Shown one piece after another: positions 28,816 to 33,567 of a stretch of 33,567 nucleotides of DNA. Source of the DNA: Alphaproteobacteria bacterium (GTDB lineage: Bacteria; Pseudomonadota; Alphaproteobacteria; UBA6615); contig CBDHEC010000048.1 in the NCBI GenBank assembly GCA_965261975.1, forward strand, positions 1-33,567, given 5' to 3'. The position numbers and the translations under genes are program-made. The notes beneath the pieces are model-generated. The model searched no databases. It worked only from the letters and a program-made list of their open reading frames with translations, and was not told where the DNA came from. Position 1 is the first letter of the stretch; every line of letters begins with the position of its first letter.

Positions 28816-31800
28816 ATGTCCAGGCCACTTGTTGTGTTGTGTGTCCTTGTTCTTGCCCTTGCTATTCACGCAGAGGACTCAGAACTGCAGATGAAGCTCC
28901 AGAACTTCATGTCTTTATCTGCTGCTGAAAGAGAAGGATTACTACTGGATTGCCCCAACATGTGCCATGGCAAAGGTGCATGTTTAGAAGGAAAATGCCA
29001 TTGTTTTGTAGGTTATACGGGGTATGATTGTCGTAATTCTTCTTGTGATGTATGTGTCATGGGGACTTGTGACAATGGAACATGTATTTGTTATGAAGGA
29101 TGGGGTGGAATTACTTGCCAAATGCGTGTCTGTCCAAATGATTGTTCAAATCATGGCAGTTGTGTTTCAGGGAAATGCCAATGTCATCCTGATTATATGG
29201 GCGAAGACTGCAGTCTACCACGCTGCCCAGGTGATTGCCAAGGCCATGGCACATGTGTGAATGGCAAATGTGAATGTAAAGAAGGATTCAAAGGTGATGA
29301 TTGTGCAATTCGTACTTGTCTTAATAATTGCAGTGGACAAGGAACTTGTATGGGAGGCGTATGCCATTGCTTCCCGGGATATGCTTATGCAGATTGCTCA
29401 GTAAGGTCATGTTCCGTATGTGATCACGGTGATTGTATCAGTGGGACTTGTCGTTGTCATGTCGGTTGGCAAGGTCCTACATGCTCAATTGAAATGTGTC
29501 CAAATGCATGTTCAAGCCAAGGCTCTTGTTTCAATGGCACATGCATCTGTTTTGTAGGATATGAAGGGTTAGATTGCTCAATCCGAAGTTGTCCTAAAAA
29601 TTGTTCAAATCACGGAATTTGTAAGGCAGGCTACTGTTATTGCGATGAAGGATATGAAGGTGTGGATTGTGCTACAAAACTTTGTCCTGATAATTGCAAT
29701 GACCATGGCAAGTGTATTTTTGGCCAATGTGAATGTTTTCAAGGATACAGTGGTCTCAATTGTATTTCACGTACATGTCCCAACCATTGTAGAGAGAATG
29801 GCCGTTGTGTAGATGGAGAGTGTCATTGTGAACCAGGATTTACTGGAACAGATTGTTCACGTTCAAATTGCCCAAATAATTGCTCTGACCATGGGATTTG
29901 TGTACGTGGATCATGTGAATGTTTTACTGGATATCGTGGTGAAGATTGTCTTTATGCATCTTGTCCAAATGATTGCTCTGGTCATGGCCAATGTTCTGAA
30001 ACTGGAGTATGTACATGTGATTCAGGCTACATGAAATTAGATTGTAGTCAGAAACAATGTCCTAACAATTGTCATGGACATGGTCAATGTACTTCATCAG
30101 GACGTTGCCATTGTTTGCCTGGATATACTGGAGTAGATTGTGGTATGAAATCATGTCCTGGGAACTGTGAAGGACATGGACATTGTGACCCTACCTCAGG
30201 AAAATGCACTTGTGATCAAGGATATGGTGGCAAGAATTGCTCCGTTATGGTATGCCCAAATGATTGTTCTTCAAATGGTCAATGTGAGCAAGGCATCTGT
30301 AATTGTGACCCTGGATTTGTAGGGATGGACTGTGCTTATCGCAAATGTCCATCTGATTGCTCAAATCACGGCGAATGTGTGGATGGTGTTTGTCATTGCC
30401 ATGTCGGATGGCAATGGGCAGATTGTTCACGAAAAGCATGTCCGAATGATTGTTCTAGACATGGAATATGCAATGATGGTACTTGTCAATGTGATGTCGG
30501 ATATGAAGGGGTACAGTGTGATGCACTTGCTTGTGTTGATGGATGCATTCATGGAACATGTATTGAAGGTATTTGTCAATGCGATGAAGGATTCCATGGC
30601 ATTGGGTGTCGTGACCATTTGTGTCCCTTGAATTGTTCAGGGCATGGGTATTGTGATGTAGAAACAGGTGAATGTCAATGTCAACTTGGTTGGGGATCAG
30701 AAGATTGTCTTGAGAAGCAATGCGTCCCAGCTTGTCACCCAGATCATGGTACTTGCATCAATGGCCAATGTCAATGTGTAGATGGATGGATGGGAACCAT
30801 CTGTTCTGAGCGCATATGTCCCTCTGACTGCTCTGGTCGTGGGGAATGTAAGAATGGCACATGTCATTGTGATGCTGGATGGCAAGGGGCAGATTGCAAT
30901 GCGAAACAATGTCCACTCAATTGTAATGGCCAAGGTTCATGTATTAATGGCCGATGTTCATGTTATGCGGGATTCACTGGTATGTCATGTGGAGCACGTA
31001 TCTGCTCTGGAGGATGTAACAATGGGAATTGTGATGCTATGAGTGGGACATGTGCATGTGACAAGGGATGGCAAGGCATGCGATGTGATGTGCCTTCATG
31101 CCCACAAAATTGCTCAAACCATGGACGTTGTGAACCAGGAGGTCACTGTGCATGCAGATACCCATACCATGGAGAAGCATGCGAGCTCAAAGCATGTCCA
31201 CTTGATTGTGCAGGTAATGGAATTTGTTTCAATGGTACCTGCCATTGTGTCAACAATTATTGGGGAAAGAATTGTACACTGACTTGTCCAAACAATTGCT
31301 CAGGCCATGGAACCTGTCTCAATGGCAGATGTGCTTGTGAATTGGGATATGGCGGTGTTTCATGCTGTCCCAATAATTGCAATGGCAATGGTAGGTGTTT
31401 AGCAGATGGATCATGCCAATGTCAAGCACCATATGCCGGCAATGACTGCGCATCAACATTCTGTCCAAATAATTGCTCAAACCATGGATTATGTGTCGAT
31501 GGCGCATGCTCATGTGATTCCACATGGTCAGGGGATGATTGCAGTGTTTCCGGATGCCTGAACAATTGTTCTGCTCATGGGACATGCAATGCCCGGGGAA
31601 TATGTGAATGTGATGATGGATTCGGTGGTATGGATTGCAGTGCCGTTGCTTGCATGAACAATTGTACAAATCAAGGTATTTGTACAAATGGGACATGCCA
31701 TTGCTACCCAGGATTTGAAGGAACAGATTGTGCTGTGAATACTTGTCCCCATGACTGTTCTGGGCATGGAACTTGCCATGTAGGATGCTGTGACTGTCAA

Positions 31801-33057
31801 TCAGGATATACAGGAGTCGATTGTTCACTCAGATCATGCCCAGGGCATTGCAATGGTCGTGGTTCATGTGATTATCACACTGGCATATGTCAATGCTGGA
31901 CACCTTTTGAAGGGTTAGGCTGTGAATCATACAATGCTTCTATGAATCCTGAGGATATGACACTTCCTGCAGAACCGCTGCATGCGACAGATGTTGCTGG
32001 ATTACGTGCAGAACAATCAGGACAAGAATTACCTGGGGTAGGCGATAGTTTTGTTGAATTGGAATTGATTCTTACAGATTATCGTGCATTGCCCACTAAA
32101 GGAAAACGTCAATTGAAACTGGCGCATGGTAAACAATACTTGGATGAAGAAAATATTATTAGAGTGATACTAGCCATGGGCAACTTGTTAGATATTCCAC
32201 GTGAAGTCATTGAAGTTGAGGATCCCTTTGCACCTCATCCTGCAGGTGTGATACGTCAAATTGAAACACGTGCTAATACCCTAAGAGTTTCAGCCTTTGG
32301 GATTCGACAAGTCACTAACAATGCACTTGGGTTTGCACAATTGCATATGTATATAGAAGTTGCTGAGTCCATGGCTTCTACCCTCGAATCAAAGGTCAAT
32401 ACTTGGTTGAACAGCCCTGAATTTCCTTCTGCATTGATGAGAGAAGGCATCCAACTCCATGCCAATGAGAATGTCGCCATTACACGCGTGTCCATCACCA
32501 ATGGTCGATCTGTTCCTATCGTTGATCGCATGCGTGTGCGATGTAAGCGATGTCACTCTCCTCTCATTGCCTCCCCTGATCACAATGCGGCAAAGAAGAT
32601 TGAATTCGCCTGTACACGCACATGTACATCCCAATGTGATACTTCCTGTCGTGCATTCCATTCACCCAAAGCTACCAAGTGTGCATCACGCCTTCACCCA
32701 CGTTCACATGATGCTATTCCTATTCCTTCTCCTGTGAGCTCACATATGGCATCTTCTTCAAATGATTCTTTGGCAATTGATGCCAGTGGCTCCTTTGTGC
32801 TTCTTATTGTTGATGAAGCAAAGGTGACAATGCCTAACGTGGACGATCGATCGCAATTAGATATTATTACCCAATGTCTGAATGATTGTGCCACACAATG
32901 TATTGATCATTGTGTCTCAGATTATAGTCCAGGAGATGAATCTTTCGGACGTGGAGGACCATCGGCTGCGCTTACGGGGCAACCAAACACTTCACATTTG
33001 CCAAGACATTTGAAATCTGATGATTTAACGCATAATCCTACCACACTTGCACCATAG
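28816..33057 (+). CDS. Secreted tenascin-like EGF-repeat protein (1413 aa), eukaryotic type
   Basis: Signal peptide MSRPLVVLCVLVLALAIHA, 32 six-Cys repeats of type CPNxCSxHGxCxxGxCxCxxGYxGxDC, then a ~377-aa non-EGF C-terminus. One uninterrupted ORF with A/T-ending codons. Confidence 0.9.
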   Translation: MSRPLVVLCVLVLALAIHAEDSELQMKLQNFMSLSAAEREGLLLDCPNMCHGKGACLEGKCHCFVGYTGYDCRNSSCDVCVMGTCDNGTCICYEGWGGITCQMRVCPNDCSNHGSCVSGKCQCHPDYMGEDCSLPRCPGDCQGHGTCVNGKCECKEGFKGDDCAIRTCLNNCSGQGTCMGGVCHCFPGYAYADCSVRSCSVCDHGDCISGTCRCHVGWQGPTCSIEMCPNACSSQGSCFNGTCICFVGYEGLDCSIRSCPKNCSNHGICKAGYCYCDEGYEGVDCATKLCPDNCNDHGKCIFGQCECFQGYSGLNCISRTCPNHCRENGRCVDGECHCEPGFTGTDCSRSNCPNNCSDHGICVRGSCECFTGYRGEDCLYASCPNDCSGHGQCSETGVCTCDSGYMKLDCSQKQCPNNCHGHGQCTSSGRCHCLPGYTGVDCGMKSCPGNCEGHGHCDPTSGKCTCDQGYGGKNCSVMVCPNDCSSNGQCEQGICNCDPGFVGMDCAYRKCPSDCSNHGECVDGVCHCHVGWQWADCSRKACPNDCSRHGICNDGTCQCDVGYEGVQCDALACVDGCIHGTCIEGICQCDEGFHGIGCRDHLCPLNCSGHGYCDVETGECQCQLGWGSEDCLEKQCVPACHPDHGTCINGQCQCVDGWMGTICSERICPSDCSGRGECKNGTCHCDAGWQGADCNAKQCPLNCNGQGSCINGRCSCYAGFTGMSCGARICSGGCNNGNCDAMSGTCACDKGWQGMRCDVPSCPQNCSNHGRCEPGGHCACRYPYHGEACELKACPLDCAGNGICFNGTCHCVNNYWGKNCTLTCPNNCSGHGTCLNGRCACELGYGGVSCCPNNCNGNGRCLADGSCQCQAPYAGNDCASTFCPNNCSNHGLCVDGACSCDSTWSGDDCSVSGCLNNCSAHGTCNARGICECDDGFGGMDCSAVACMNNCTNQGICTNGTCHCYPGFEGTDCAVNTCPHDCSGHGTCHVGCCDCQSGYTGVDCSLRSCPGHCNGRGSCDYHTGICQCWTPFEGLGCESYNASMNPEDMTLPAEPLHATDVAGLRAEQSGQELPGVGDSFVELELILTDYRALPTKGKRQLKLAHGKQYLDEENIIRVILAMGNLLDIPREVIEVEDPFAPHPAGVIRQIETRANTLRVSAFGIRQVTNNALGFAQLHMYIEVAESMASTLESKVNTWLNSPEFPSALMREGIQLHANENVAITRVSITNGRSVPIVDRMRVRCKRCHSPLIASPDHNAAKKIEFACTRTCTSQCDTSCRAFHSPKATKCASRLHPRSHDAIPIPSPVSSHMASSSNDSLAIDASGSFVLLIVDEAKVTMPNVDDRSQLDIITQCLNDCATQCIDHCVSDYSPGDESFGRGGPSAALTGQPNTSHLPRHLKSDDLTHNPTTLAP
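28951..31923 (+). repeat. Array of 32 degenerate tenascin-type EGF coding repeats (~93 nt unit)
   Basis: Counted from the translation, from CPNMC... to ...FEGLGC. Diverged at the DNA level. Confidence 0.9.
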
Positions 33058-33084
33058 GATCGTATATCTTAATATAAATCTTAT

Positions 33085-33567
33085 TTATTGATAAAGTTGA
33101 ATTTCCTTGATTGAGGAGAGGAGTTGAGAGGCTGTTACACTTACAATATGCTCCTGATCCCTTTTCATTTGTTTTAAGAATGTAACTATTGGAGTCCATG
33201 AATTATATTGCGAGGGCAATTGTGAACATGCAAGTAAATGCTTGATGCAATCACAATAGGAGAATAGGGTCAATGCCAATGCATCATGGAACCCAGAATC
33301 ATTCTCAGTAACATCATGTGCCAAAGTACCAATGAGAATTGAATCACCCATAAGATGAATGAGTTCAGAAAGGTTAGATGTGGTTAGACCATCACTTTTA
33401 GCCCATTCATCATTAAGTACCATCTCAAACAGTTGAAGAACAAGTCTAATGTGCCCGTGATGATTTAAGAAACATTTAAGCATGGGTGTCGCATTTCTAA
33501 GACATTCAATAAGAGAATGCATGAATTCATTCAATTGATCTCTCATACCTCCATCTTCTATCATAGC
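33085..33567 (-). CDS. C-terminal part of an alpha-helical (possibly ARM/HEAT-like) protein; frame open to the window end
   Basis: No stop from the window edge to TAA at 33085-33087. Leu-rich amphipathic helices, AT-rich codons. Family is a guess. Confidence 0.55.
   Translation of the reverse strand, partial: AMIEDGGMRDQLNEFMHSLIECLRNATPMLKCFLNHHGHIRLVLQLFEMVLNDEWAKSDGLTTSNLSELIHLMGDSILIGTLAHDVTENDSGFHDALALTLFSYCDCIKHLLACSQLPSQYNSWTPIVTFLKQMKRDQEHIVSVTASQLLSSIKEIQLYQ

Noticed and set aside
28951-31923. Periodic DNA as a CRISPR array or satellite
   Set aside because: The periodicity is explained by degenerate EGF coding repeats. There are no identical repeats with unique spacers.

Overview
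The window has two parts of different origin. Bases 1 to ~27271 are a GC-rich alphaproteobacterial chromosome segment: sfsA-map-radC-purB, DUF1491, ATP synthase zeta inhibitor, purC, tRNA-Leu(TAA), and many transport and catabolic genes. It includes three AhpD/CMD-like paralogs. One of them (22906-23586), split in two by the ORF track, is very likely a selenoprotein: a C-F-Y-UGA motif followed by a bacterial SECIS-like hairpin. Just after a frameshifted purC, an apparent purS start (MKARV, 27257-27271) breaks off and the sequence becomes eukaryote-like. That part has a 5'-truncated, frameshifted Fanzor1-like (TnpB-derived RNA-guided nuclease) gene with all three RuvC motifs, then a strongly structured ~160-nt 3' region that is a candidate omegaRNA. 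It continues with an intronless secreted protein of 32 tenascin-type EGF repeats and a convergent partial gene. The bacterial/eukaryotic join is most likely a read or assembly chimera. All calls come from reading motifs by eye; no searches or folding were run.
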